Notes under the pieces: generated by a model
Database searches by the model: none
Told to the model about the DNA's origin: nothing
Seen by the model: the letters and a program-made list of their open reading frames with translations, nothing else
Shown here: piece by piece, positions 1 through 8,534 of the stretch
How positions within the stretch are numbered: the first letter of the stretch is position 1
Layout: every line of letters begins with the position of its first letter
Assembly (NCBI GenBank): GCA_040384365.1
Contig: JAZKJK010000015.1
Coordinates: 1,093-63,489, forward strand
Length of the DNA: 62,397 nucleotides
Reading direction: 5' to 3'
From: Patescibacteria group bacterium
GTDB taxonomy: Bacteria > Patescibacteriota > Minisyncoccia > Phycocordibacterales > UBA9973
Made by a program: the position numbers and the translations under genes

Positions 1-1293
1 GCTTCGCCTGCAACATTTGTAGATACTCTGATTCCTTCGAATGTTACGACCAAACTTGTGCAAGCATTTGGTAGCGCGATCAGTTCGTATGATGAATACA
101 AAAGTTTTCTCTTTGGCGGAGAAGGTAGAACAGATCCAGCCATATATCAAACAAATTTACCGATTAGTTTATCACAAAGCTTATTTTCTCAAGCCGAGAG
201 TTTACATAACAGTATTGATGCTTTTATTCCCCCAGAGAGCTTACGAGTAATAGAAGTGGCGGGTTGGGGGCTAGACACTATTGCCAGTTTTGAATACTAT
301 CCGCAAGCTTGCACTGTATCACTCGACTGTGGATATGTATTAGACGAGTGGCCGCGTTTTACAGCGGATGGAGATGGTACTGTGGTGGTACCAAGTGCTC
401 AATATATGGGTTTTCTTGGTAGTGCGGAGAAGTATTGGGTGGATTTACATAAATACAATGAAAGTAGCGTAGATTTACCAAAAAAGAAACATGCAAATAT
501 ATTAGAAATATCATCCCTTTTAAATTTTATATCAAACAATATTCAAAATTTACCATTAGACAGCTCTCCATACTTGAGTACAAATTCACCCATAGATACA
601 TCTAATCGTTTAAGATTATCTATTCATTCCCCAGTTACATTTGATGCGTATGATAGAGAGGGAAACCATACGGGTAAAATTTGCCCAGCCACTTCTGATT
701 TTTGTTATGTGGAAGAAAATATACTGAATAGTTCGTACCTTGATTTTGGAGAGGGGAAATATATCAATCTTCCAGAGGATCAAATGGCAAAGATTAAACT
801 TCAGGGTACAGGTACAGGAACATTTACATACGATTCTGAAGAAGTTTTACCAGATGGCACATCTACTATTTCATCCTTTGTAGATATTCCTGTAACGACA
901 CAGACCCAAGCAGAAATAACTTTAAATCCACATACTGGGGAGCCACAGCTGGCACTAGATGTGACAGGGGATGGAGTGGCAGACTTTAATCTTACTCCAA
1001 ATACTGTTTTTGACCCTGTATTATATTTACAAATTATGAAAGCTACGATTGATTCCTTAGATATACCCCAAGCGAAAAAAATTGCTTTTGGTAATCGTGT
1101 TGATAATATAATTAAATCAATTCAGAAAGGTAAGATAGATCAAGCAAATTTAAAAGCAGATAAATTTACTCGTATTTTTACAAATACCTTATCTAAAGAT
1201 GATCCAAAGAATCCTAAACCACACAAACTATCAAAAACTGATGCGCAACTCTTACTTGATATGTTTAATAAATTATTAGATAATCTAAGTTAA
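1..1293 (+). CDS. alpha/beta-hydrolase (lipase/PGAP1-like) C-terminal part plus beta-rich domain; 5' end cut by window edge
   Basis: Frame 1 is open from nt 1, with no stop before the ORF-track Met at 58, so the gene begins upstream of the window. The segments DGDGTVVVPS and KKHANILE resemble the Asp and His segments of lipase-type hydrolases. The rest is Thr/Gly-rich. Confidence 0.4.
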   Translation, partial: ASPATFVDTLIPSNVTTKLVQAFGSAISSYDEYKSFLFGGEGRTDPAIYQTNLPISLSQSLFSQAESLHNSIDAFIPPESLRVIEVAGWGLDTIASFEYYPQACTVSLDCGYVLDEWPRFTADGDGTVVVPSAQYMGFLGSAEKYWVDLHKYNESSVDLPKKKHANILEISSLLNFISNNIQNLPLDSSPYLSTNSPIDTSNRLRLSIHSPVTFDAYDREGNHTGKICPATSDFCYVEENILNSSYLDFGEGKYINLPEDQMAKIKLQGTGTGTFTYDSEEVLPDGTSTISSFVDIPVTTQTQAEITLNPHTGEPQLALDVTGDGVADFNLTPNTVFDPVLYLQIMKATIDSLDIPQAKKIAFGNRVDNIIKSIQKGKIDQANLKADKFTRIFTNTLSKDDPKNPKPHKLSKTDAQLLLDMFNKLLDNLS

Positions 1294-1294
1294 T

Positions 1295-1657
1295 ATGAAA
1301 AAACCATTTTTTCTTTCGGTTATAATTAGTATATTATTCTTAACTTTTGTGTATTTTAGAAGTTCTAATATAAATTTTTATAATACGGAATTTCTACACC
1401 CCCTTTTCTGGTTATTGATACCCGTAACTTGTCTTTTGTTTTTATGTATATTTTTAAGGGGTATTAAACCAAAATCCGTTTTTGTCTCTATATTTATTTT
1501 TGGAGTTTTAAGTTTTTTAATTTTGTCTGCCGTAGATCCAGTATGTTCAGGAATAGTGTGTTATGACCGCAGTACTTCAGCTTTACTTATATCATCTCTA
1601 TTTTCTATAGCATATTTTATTATTCTCCTTTTTAAAAATAGAAAACAATCTACTTGA
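1295..1657 (+). CDS. small integral membrane protein (about 4 TM segments)
   Basis: The ORF starts 2 nt after the upstream stop. It is strongly hydrophobic and helical throughout. Confidence 0.5.
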   Translation: MKKPFFLSVIISILFLTFVYFRSSNINFYNTEFLHPLFWLLIPVTCLLFLCIFLRGIKPKSVFVSIFIFGVLSFLILSAVDPVCSGIVCYDRSTSALLISSLFSIAYFIILLFKNRKQST

Positions 1658-1670
1658 AACTCGCAAGAAA

Positions 1671-1693
1671 CTCGCAAGGACCGTCCTTGCGAG
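1671..1693 (+). terminator. perfect 10-bp hairpin after the membrane-protein gene (possible terminator, no clear T-tract)
   Basis: The sequence ctcgcaagga-ccg-tccttgcgag lies 14 nt after the stop at 1657. Confidence 0.3.
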
Positions 1694-1751
1694 TGTGTTA
1701 GAAGGGAGTATAATATAGGGGACGGGCAACTTGAAAACAACATACAAAATT

Positions 1752-1904
1752 ATGGATCCATATCCATCACGGTGTGCAAACTGCGGTTGCGAGAGCATGC
1801 TTTCCAAGATGTTCTATCGGGACCACGAATATTTTTGTGGTGATAACTGTTGGAAAACATTCAACCCCCTTGAATTCAAGCCAAGGGAATGGAGGCAAAA
1901 ATGA
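1752..1904 (+). CDS. 50-aa Cys-rich zinc-ribbon/TRASH-like small protein (below the ORF-track cutoff)
   Basis: Hand translation gives MDPYPSRCANCGCESMLSKMFYRDHEYFCGDNCWKTFNPLEFKPREWRQK. It has CxxC...CxxxC spacing. A tataat sits at 1709-1714 upstream. Confidence 0.35.
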   Translation: MDPYPSRCANCGCESMLSKMFYRDHEYFCGDNCWKTFNPLEFKPREWRQK

Positions 1905-2068
1905 AAAACAGGATAAAAATATCTGTTAAATTCCAGGTCAAACAGGAAAAGTGGAAAGTGGGACTAGCTCTTCGTGCAGAGGACCACCCATTAAGGTGCT
2001 CAGTGAAAATCAAGTCGTATCCGGAGTTGCGAGCTAAACACTTGCGACTCCGTTTTTTTGTAAGGTAG
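1901..2068 (+). CDS. 55-aa basic small ORF overlapping the previous stop (ATGA)
   Basis: Hand translation gives MKNRIKISVKFQVKQEKWKVGLALRAEDHPLRCSVKIKSYPELRAKHLRLRFFVR. Its 3' end contains the terminator hairpin, so it may instead be a 3' UTR. Confidence 0.15.
   Translation: MKNRIKISVKFQVKQEKWKVGLALRAEDHPLRCSVKIKSYPELRAKHLRLRFFVR
2023..2059 (+). terminator. rho-independent terminator
   Basis: The arm ggagttgcgag pairs with cttgcgactcc (11 bp including 2 G-U pairs, 7-nt loop) and is followed by T7. Confidence 0.55.
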
Positions 2069-2143
2069 ATTTACATTTTTATGATAATATTAAAATATGC
2101 AATGGTTTTTTATAGCATTAGGCGCGCCATTTTTAAATAATTT

Positions 2144-2539
2144 ATGAAAAAAGTTCGTGCAATAATTATTCAAGACGGGAAACTGCTCTTGGTACATCGT
2201 GTAAAAAGTGATAGAGAATATTGGGTTTTTCCTGGCGGCGGATTAGAGGAATCAGATAATTCCCTTGAAGATGGACTCAAGAGGGAGTGTCGAGAGGAGC
2301 TTGGTGTGGAAGTTGAAGTTGGTGCAGTCTTTTCAGAGGACACATTCAAGGATCAACATGAGTTCTTCTATACCTGCAAGATCATCGGCGGAACACTTGG
2401 AACAGGCACTGGTCCAGAAGTTAGTAGAGATCTAGTGCAATGTGGTACTTATGAACCACAATGGATACCGCTCAATGAATTAATAAACAAAAATGTCCAG
2501 CCCAGCAAAGTGCGAGATTTAATACTAGCAAAATTATAG
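2144..2539 (+). CDS. NUDIX hydrolase
   Basis: The Nudix box GGGLEESDNSLEDGLKRECREELGVEV matches GX5EX7REUXEEXGU. Confidence 0.85.
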   Translation: MKKVRAIIIQDGKLLLVHRVKSDREYWVFPGGGLEESDNSLEDGLKRECREELGVEVEVGAVFSEDTFKDQHEFFYTCKIIGGTLGTGTGPEVSRDLVQCGTYEPQWIPLNELINKNVQPSKVRDLILAKL

Positions 2540-2543
2540 ATGA

Positions 2544-3128
2544 TTATCTTTTCCGAGCAATGAAATGAAACATGTGCCAATGGTGAGGCACGCCATGAAT
2601 AGTCTTACCATCTTTTTCTTTTTCCTCTAATTCTAAAATCTTTAATGGAGACAATAGTTTTAAAACTTGTCTTTTAGTGTGAAATACATAATCATATTTT
2701 GGAAATGGAACGCCTTCTGTATTCCAACTGTCATTTACTCCAAAGAATTGGCCCACGAAAATACCTTTTGGTTTTAATGAATTTATTATCCTTTTTATAA
2801 ATAAATTGAAACCTTTATATCCATACAAATGAAGCGAGAGCTGTGAAGTGATTAGATCAAAAGTATTTTTGGGATAGTTGTACTCTTTAAAAGAAATATT
2901 TTTGAATGTAATTTTCTTACTGATATTTTTAGCATATTTTTTACTTTCAGGGGCGTGGTCAATGGCGACAACATTAAATCCTTTTCTGGCTAGAAATTTC
3001 GATTCAATCATTGTGCCAGATCCTAAGTCTAACGCGTTTCCTTTTTTTACATGGCAAAAATTTACAGCTCTGACGAGTTGTTTTCTAGGTTCTCTTTTTT
3101 CATGTTTTTTATAATATTTTTTCCACAT
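2544..3128 (-). CDS. class I SAM-dependent methyltransferase
   Basis: Motif I is ALDLGSGTM, followed by an acidic residue at the end of beta2 (VVAIDHAP). The size is typical of TehB-type small-molecule methyltransferases. Confidence 0.75.
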   Translation of the reverse strand: MWKKYYKKHEKREPRKQLVRAVNFCHVKKGNALDLGSGTMIESKFLARKGFNVVAIDHAPESKKYAKNISKKITFKNISFKEYNYPKNTFDLITSQLSLHLYGYKGFNLFIKRIINSLKPKGIFVGQFFGVNDSWNTEGVPFPKYDYVFHTKRQVLKLLSPLKILELEEKEKDGKTIHGVPHHWHMFHFIARKR

Positions 3129-3205
3129 TGGTTGTATTGTATACTCAAATGTTAAAAACCTAAAGTAGTCGCATTATATAATGAATGTGCTAAAATACAT
3201 CTCTG

Positions 3206-3763
3206 ATGTTATATAAAATAAATTATATTAAAAAAGCATTATACTTTGCTGCCCAAAAGCATAATGGACAATTTAGAAGGATTGGCAATTTGCCTTACAT
3301 TGTTCACCCCACAGAAGTTGCATTTGATGTATCAAAATACACAGATGATGAGGAAATAATTTCAGCAGCATTTCTTCATGATGTACTTGAAGATTGTGCT
3401 GTCTCAGTCGATACTCTCAAAAAAGAATTTAATTCTAGAATTGCAAAAATTGTCAAAGAAATTAGTTTTACTGGAGAAAAAAAACTTTCATGGAAAGAAA
3501 ATCAAGAAGTTTATTTACAAAAAATTCAAAATGCTTCAAAAGAAGCGTTGATTATTGTTGCTGTTGATAAAATGAATAATATACAGGATTATTTTCATAC
3601 TTTAAAAAATGAAAAGAAAAAATTAAAAAATTTATTTTTTGGAACACCTGAAGAATATATTTGGTTTTACGATAACATTCAAGATATTCTTATATCTAAG
3701 CTCGGGAGACAGCCAATAGTTAAGAAATATCAGAAAATCTGGAAGGAAAACAAAAACCTGTAA
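3206..3763 (+). CDS. stand-alone SpoT/Mesh1-type HD hydrolase (small alarmone hydrolase-like)
   Basis: The sequence AAQKHNGQFRRIGNLPYIVHPTEV...AAFLHDVLEDC matches the (p)ppGpp-hydrolase HD domain signature of RelA/SpoT homologues. There is no synthetase domain. Confidence 0.75.
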   Translation: MLYKINYIKKALYFAAQKHNGQFRRIGNLPYIVHPTEVAFDVSKYTDDEEIISAAFLHDVLEDCAVSVDTLKKEFNSRIAKIVKEISFTGEKKLSWKENQEVYLQKIQNASKEALIIVAVDKMNNIQDYFHTLKNEKKKLKNLFFGTPEEYIWFYDNIQDILISKLGRQPIVKKYQKIWKENKNL

Positions 3764-3772
3764 TTTTTTATG

Positions 3773-4294
3773 TTACAGGTTTAGCTTGCTATATTTTATG
3801 TCATGATATTCTTTGTGCTGGACTTCATTTATTTTATGTCGTCCTTTTGTGGTAATTTGTATTTCAAAAGCTGTATTATTTATGAATGCAACAAACTTTA
3901 GAAATTGTATGGTCGTTTTCCCGCTTACTTTTTTAGGTTCTTTGAAATAATCAAGTATAATGTCTCCGCATAGTACTTGTGATATCTCATTAAGAACTTC
4001 GTAGGCCTGTTCAACTTTGTCTACGATAACACGAATACCGTATACATCATCGATCAGAAAGATGTCTGTAACATTAAAAAGTTGCATCTTCTTTTTCAAT
4101 ATCAGAGGATGTTTAATCCGAGACATTATGATGGAATCGCTGACTACCTTGCTTGTGATGATTCGTATTTCTTCTGCAAGTGGGTTGATATCAATACCAA
4201 TACGAGCTTGGTATAATGATATTTGTTTGGTAATTTCTTCCAAACTTAGATTTTCAACAGGATGAGGATGTACAGGTAAATGGGGTCTTCGCAC
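3773..4294 (-). CDS. stand-alone RelA/SpoT-type nucleotide pyrophosphokinase (small alarmone synthetase-like, divergent)
   Basis: The motifs SRIKHPLILKKKM, DDVYGIRVIV, DYFKEPKK and EIQITT...H..YH follow the order of RelA_SpoT synthetase motifs. The start is GTG, with AAAGGA 7 nt upstream. Confidence 0.65.
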   Translation of the reverse strand: MRRPHLPVHPHPVENLSLEEITKQISLYQARIGIDINPLAEEIRIITSKVVSDSIIMSRIKHPLILKKKMQLFNVTDIFLIDDVYGIRVIVDKVEQAYEVLNEISQVLCGDIILDYFKEPKKVSGKTTIQFLKFVAFINNTAFEIQITTKGRHKINEVQHKEYHDIKYSKLNL

Positions 4295-4492
4295 AGAATT
4301 CCTTTCGTTTTTTTGTCGGATTCGCCCCGACGGTTGCGACTTGCTCTTTAAGTTTTAAAAGAACAAGATTTATTGAAGCATACCCCCCCCTGTCGCTGAA
4401 AGTCAAGAAGTTACTTTTTCTCTAAAATTATGCTAAAATATCCCTATGTCCGAAGAAAAAAAATTTGTCGCTCTTTTAGCTAAAATTAAAAT

Positions 4493-5389
4493 ATGCAGAA
4501 TGAATTATACATAGCTATATTGGCTGGACTTGGTGGAATGCTAGGTTGGGGTTTTGCTGATTTCTTTGCAAAGAAAACAATAGACGAAGTTGGAGATATA
4601 ATTAGTCTTGCATGGGCACATATTTTTGGAACTTTGATCCTTTTAATTTTTATTTTACAGCAAGTAATTTTTAATGGTCGTCAGGTTTCACTTCCTAATG
4701 ATTTAAGCACTTGGAGTATGTTGATATTTTTTGGTGTATTACAGGGAGCAGTTTACTTTTTTGTATACAAAGGATTCAGTAAAGGTCAAGTGTCAGTTTT
4801 AAGTCCAGTTTTTGCTTCATTCTCAGGAATAACTTCTATATTATCAATAGTGGTATTTGGTGAAATTATAAGTGGACATTTAATTCTTGCTTTGATTACT
4901 ATATTCAGTGGAGTTTTGTTAATAAATATCGATATAAAAACTTTTGTTTCAAAACGTATTATTTTTACCAAAGTCGCCGGATTAAAAGAAATAGCAATAG
5001 CTACAATACTTGCATCTTTGTGGACACTATTTTGGGGCAAATTTGTTAGTGGTCAAGATTGGCTATTATACGCATTGTTTATGTATGGATTCATGACTCT
5101 TGCCATTTTGCTATTGGTGAAATATCAAAAAATAAATTTATTGATCGGCAAATCGAATCTATGGAAATTTTTTATTTTTATCGGTCTGTGTGAGATAATT
5201 GCATATCTGGCCATAAGTTTTGGATATAGTGCCACATCACACATAAGCATAATTGCATTACTAAGTGGAGCATTTTCTTTGCCAGTGATAATACTGGCTC
5301 GTATTTTTCTAAAAGAAAAAGTTGGATTGGCACAAACCATAGGAAGTGTTATAATCATTCTCGGTACTGTATTTTTATCCCTGTTTTAA
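4493..5389 (+). CDS. EamA/DMT-family transporter (10 TM)
   Basis: Two repeated 5-TM halves are present, and the hydrophobic pattern is typical of EamA. Confidence 0.75.
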   Translation: MQNELYIAILAGLGGMLGWGFADFFAKKTIDEVGDIISLAWAHIFGTLILLIFILQQVIFNGRQVSLPNDLSTWSMLIFFGVLQGAVYFFVYKGFSKGQVSVLSPVFASFSGITSILSIVVFGEIISGHLILALITIFSGVLLINIDIKTFVSKRIIFTKVAGLKEIAIATILASLWTLFWGKFVSGQDWLLYALFMYGFMTLAILLLVKYQKINLLIGKSNLWKFFIFIGLCEIIAYLAISFGYSATSHISIIALLSGAFSLPVIILARIFLKEKVGLAQTIGSVIIILGTVFLSLF

Positions 5390-5401
5390 TTTACTTCAAT
5401 C

Positions 5402-6550
5402 ATGAAAGATTCCTTCAGCACAATTTTTGATAATAGTTCTTTAGAGAAACTGTCGCTTGCACACGAAACACCTTTTTTCCTTTTCTCGAAACAAAAAATA
5501 ATAGATAAGTTGCATAAGTTTAAAAAATGTTTTCCAGGATCGATAATTCATTATGCAATGAAAGCTAATTCCGAACCAGAGGTTTTAAAAATTCTTTTTG
5601 ATACAGGAAGCTCGTTTGAAGTTGCTTCAAAATATGAACTTGATTTACTAAAAGCCATAAAGATTCCGCCAGATAAAATAGTTTACGGTACTTCCGTTAA
5701 ACCCGCTTCCCATATAAAAGAATTCTATAATTATGGTGTAGATAGATTTGCCTTCGACTCCTTTTCGGAGCTTGAAAAAATATCTGCAAATGCTCCGGGT
5801 TCACGTGTATATGTAAGGACAATCGCTAATGATTCAGGCAGTGTATTTAAATTCTCCGAGAAATTTGGTATTGAAAAGGAAAACATCATCCCACTACTCA
5901 AGCGAGCAGTTGAACTTGGTCTCAAGCCATATGGGATAAGTTTTCATGTGGGTTCTCAGGCCAGCAACTTGAAAGCTTGGGGCAATGCCCTCGAACTTCT
6001 TCGTCCAATTGTTGAAAAGTTAAAGAAAGAGGACATAAATATAGAGGTTATAAATATAGGTGGGGGATTTCCTTGCAATAGTTATGCCTCAAGTGGGCAA
6101 ATTTTTTCCTTAGAAGAAATAGCTGAATTTACTCTAAAGCAATATAAAAAATTTCCTCCACACTTAAAGTTAATGCTAGAACCTGGGAGGGGGATTATAG
6201 CTGATACCTCAGTCTTAATTACAAGCGTAATAGCCAAGATTGAAAGAAAAGAACGTACATGGATTTTTTTAGATGCTGGGGTTTACAATGCTCTCTTTGA
6301 AGCTATGGCATATCAAGGTTCCACTCGTTACAAAATAAACAGTCTTAGATTAAGCAATGATTCTGGCGAAGCGATGTTTTCTCTTGCAGGACCAACTGGT
6401 GACAGTCCAGATATAATAGCTAGAGAAGTTTTATTACCAAAAGATGTTGAAATTGGGGATAAGCTTTTAATTCACGATGTGGGAGCTTATACCCTTACGG
6501 CATCTAGTAGATTTAATGGTTTCCCCAAACCACCTGTGTATTTTGTTTGA
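5402..6550 (+). CDS. type III PLP-dependent decarboxylase (ornithine/lysine/diaminopimelate decarboxylase family)
   Basis: The motifs HYAMKAN (PLP lysine), HVGSQ, GGGFP and EPGR appear in canonical order. Confidence 0.8.
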   Translation: MKDSFSTIFDNSSLEKLSLAHETPFFLFSKQKIIDKLHKFKKCFPGSIIHYAMKANSEPEVLKILFDTGSSFEVASKYELDLLKAIKIPPDKIVYGTSVKPASHIKEFYNYGVDRFAFDSFSELEKISANAPGSRVYVRTIANDSGSVFKFSEKFGIEKENIIPLLKRAVELGLKPYGISFHVGSQASNLKAWGNALELLRPIVEKLKKEDINIEVINIGGGFPCNSYASSGQIFSLEEIAEFTLKQYKKFPPHLKLMLEPGRGIIADTSVLITSVIAKIERKERTWIFLDAGVYNALFEAMAYQGSTRYKINSLRLSNDSGEAMFSLAGPTGDSPDIIAREVLLPKDVEIGDKLLIHDVGAYTLTASSRFNGFPKPPVYFV

Positions 6551-6581
6551 CACCAGAGTTTTAAAAAATTATAATATAAGT

Positions 6582-7388
6582 ATGCAATTAAATATCTATC
6601 AGAAAGTGTGCCTATATTTTTTTATTGCTCTGGTTATCTTTTGGGCAATTTTGTTTTCTTTGGGTTTGAAAGAAGGATTCTATAATTATTTCTTCTCGTT
6701 TTTATTTGGACTGATCCCCCTCATTGCAGGACTTATCGCCATGTTTCGTGCTCACTTTTGGGGTGGACTTAAAAGTGCAGTCGGTAAAGCAGTATTCTTT
6801 ATTGGTTTTGGTATATTTTTATGGGGATGTGGTGAGGCAATTTGGTCTTACTATAACTTTTTCATGAATATTCCGGCACCCTACCCATCAATTGCTGATC
6901 TGGGATTTGCCCCTAGTATTTTCTTTTATGGATTGGGCACTTTTTATCTTTCGAAAGCTACAGGTGCAAAATTTGGGCTGAGAAATAAATTTGCTAAATT
7001 TTTTGTGACGATAGCACCTTTGTTTATCCTTGCTCTTTCTTACTATCTTTTGATAAACGTTGCTCGGGGCGGCGTTTTAATTCCAGAAGGTGAGACACCC
7101 CTTAAAATTTTACTTGACATAGTCTATCCATTAGGAGATTTTATTGCTCTGACCTTGGGTGTAATAATATCAGGACTTTCTTTCCAATACCTTGGTGGTA
7201 AATACAAATCAGACATTTATGCAATATTATTAGGTCTTGGTGTTATGTTTATAGCTGACACTATCTTTTCCTATACAACAACTGTTGGGACTTATTATAA
7301 CGCTGATTTCGGTGATCTAGTACTTGCTCTTGGTACCTTCCTAATTTCTTTTGGAATCCTTGGTTTTTATAAATTGAAAGTAGATTAA
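6582..7388 (+). CDS. polytopic membrane protein (about 7-8 TM), possible sensor module
   Basis: The track ORF starts at 6477 inside the upstream gene. The first non-overlapping ATG is at 6582 (MQLNIYQKV). The protein is hydrophobic throughout. Confidence 0.6.
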   Translation: MQLNIYQKVCLYFFIALVIFWAILFSLGLKEGFYNYFFSFLFGLIPLIAGLIAMFRAHFWGGLKSAVGKAVFFIGFGIFLWGCGEAIWSYYNFFMNIPAPYPSIADLGFAPSIFFYGLGTFYLSKATGAKFGLRNKFAKFFVTIAPLFILALSYYLLINVARGGVLIPEGETPLKILLDIVYPLGDFIALTLGVIISGLSFQYLGGKYKSDIYAILLGLGVMFIADTIFSYTTTVGTYYNADFGDLVLALGTFLISFGILGFYKLKVD

Positions 7389-7395
7389 AATATTT

Positions 7396-7674
7396 ATGGA
7401 TCCAATCTTACAAATTCCAATAAGAATTATAAAAGAGCAAGAACTTGTTATTGGACCTTTGGCTTGGGATGAAGCCCAAAAAGTTACCGGACTTAATATT
7501 GATCAATCACACAATTCTGTTTCTTTTACTGGTGATGCAAAAGATATAATAAATAGGTTGGTGGCTCAGTATGAAAGAATTTTCGGAAAAGCTTCCCACG
7601 CTGTGTGTCATGATGCTGTAAAAGATTTAATAACTGGAATGTCTCCCGCAGAAGTTCCGTCTAGTCTAAAATAA
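7396..7674 (+). CDS. small cytoplasmic protein of unknown function
   Basis: This 92-aa ORF lies 7 nt after the membrane protein and 9 nt before the kinase gene. Confidence 0.5.
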   Translation: MDPILQIPIRIIKEQELVIGPLAWDEAQKVTGLNIDQSHNSVSFTGDAKDIINRLVAQYERIFGKASHAVCHDAVKDLITGMSPAEVPSSLK

Positions 7675-7683
7675 TGATCAGTT

Positions 7684-8505
7684 ATGGCAAATAACGATGA
7701 CAAAAATCCTATTTCTCCAGAGGAATATAAGAACATAACAGAAAAAATGTATAAGCAGAATCTCGAGCTGGCGAGATTGTACAAAGAAGTTGATAGTTTA
7801 AATAAAAGCCGAGAAAGCTTGGTGCATTTGATCAATCATAAAGTAAAAGGCGCTTTTACCCATTCAAAATATATTTTTGCAGGAATTTTGGATGGAACCT
7901 TTGGTGACACAAATGAGGAAATAAGAAAAAGAGCAACTCAGGGACTAGAGTCAGACGATATGGGGATCAAGACCATTGATCTGTTTTTAAATACTGATAA
8001 TTTAAAAAAGGGAACCATAAAATATGACATGAAGGATACTGATTTTAAAGATCTAATTTTGCAAACTTTAGCGGGGAAAAAAGTACAGGCAGAAGCAAGG
8101 GGCCTCCAGATGGAAAGTATTATAGATGATGGCGCCTACCATGTATCGGGTGATGTATTCTGGCTACGAGAAGCTGTGAATAATCTGATAGATAATTCTA
8201 TTAAATACACAAAGGAGGGCAAGATAACTGTCGACCTCAAAGATGGTAATGGTCAAGTAAAATTATCCGTTAAAGATACTGGCATAGGTATCGCTGACGA
8301 GGACAGGAAAACTATGTTTACCGAGGGTGGGCGGGGTCAAAACTCAGTCAAAATAAATGTGGATAGTACAGGCTATGGTCTCTATACGGTAAAATTGGTC
8401 ATAGAGGCTCATGGTGGTAAAGTTTGGGTAGAATCAGAAGGTGAGGGTAAAGGTTCTACTTTCTATATTGAATTGTCATCTATCTCAGAAAACAAGCTTT
8501 CATAA
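7684..8505 (+). CDS. soluble histidine kinase (HisKA_2-like H box plus HATPase_c)
   Basis: The H box is INHKVKGAF (compare HRVKN), the N box is NLIDNSIKYT, G1 is DTGIGI and G2 is GYGLYTV. There is no TM segment or sensor domain. Confidence 0.75.
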   Translation: MANNDDKNPISPEEYKNITEKMYKQNLELARLYKEVDSLNKSRESLVHLINHKVKGAFTHSKYIFAGILDGTFGDTNEEIRKRATQGLESDDMGIKTIDLFLNTDNLKKGTIKYDMKDTDFKDLILQTLAGKKVQAEARGLQMESIIDDGAYHVSGDVFWLREAVNNLIDNSIKYTKEGKITVDLKDGNGQVKLSVKDTGIGIADEDRKTMFTEGGRGQNSVKINVDSTGYGLYTVKLVIEAHGGKVWVESEGEGKGSTFYIELSSISENKLS

Positions 8506-8534
8506 AAAATGATTGTATAGTATTGTTATTCTTA

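Noticed and set aside
1921-1965. The sequence ccaggtcaaacaggaaaagtggaaag resembles the CAGGUC...GGAA part of SRP RNA domain IV.
   Set aside because: I could not find the complementary strand of the conserved symmetric loop or the AGCA motif in the right register. The stretch is better explained as a small ORF or 3' UTR. A covariance-model scan would settle the question.
3206-4294. Calling the SAS/SAH pair a bona fide toxin-antitoxin module.
   Set aside because: The genes are convergent rather than co-transcribed, and toxicity cannot be judged from sequence. The pair is reported as a finding with that caveat rather than annotated as a TA system.
6477-6581. The ORF-track start at 6477 for the membrane protein, which overlaps the decarboxylase gene by 74 nt.
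   Set aside because: The overlapping N-terminal 35 aa are not membrane-like. The ATG at 6582 removes the overlap and begins directly at the hydrophobic region.
8523-8534. The TTG start for ileS, and similar TTG starts at 19823, 47628 and 53384.
   Set aside because: In each case an ATG a few codons downstream gives an N-terminus that matches the family better. These alternatives are kept only as possibilities.
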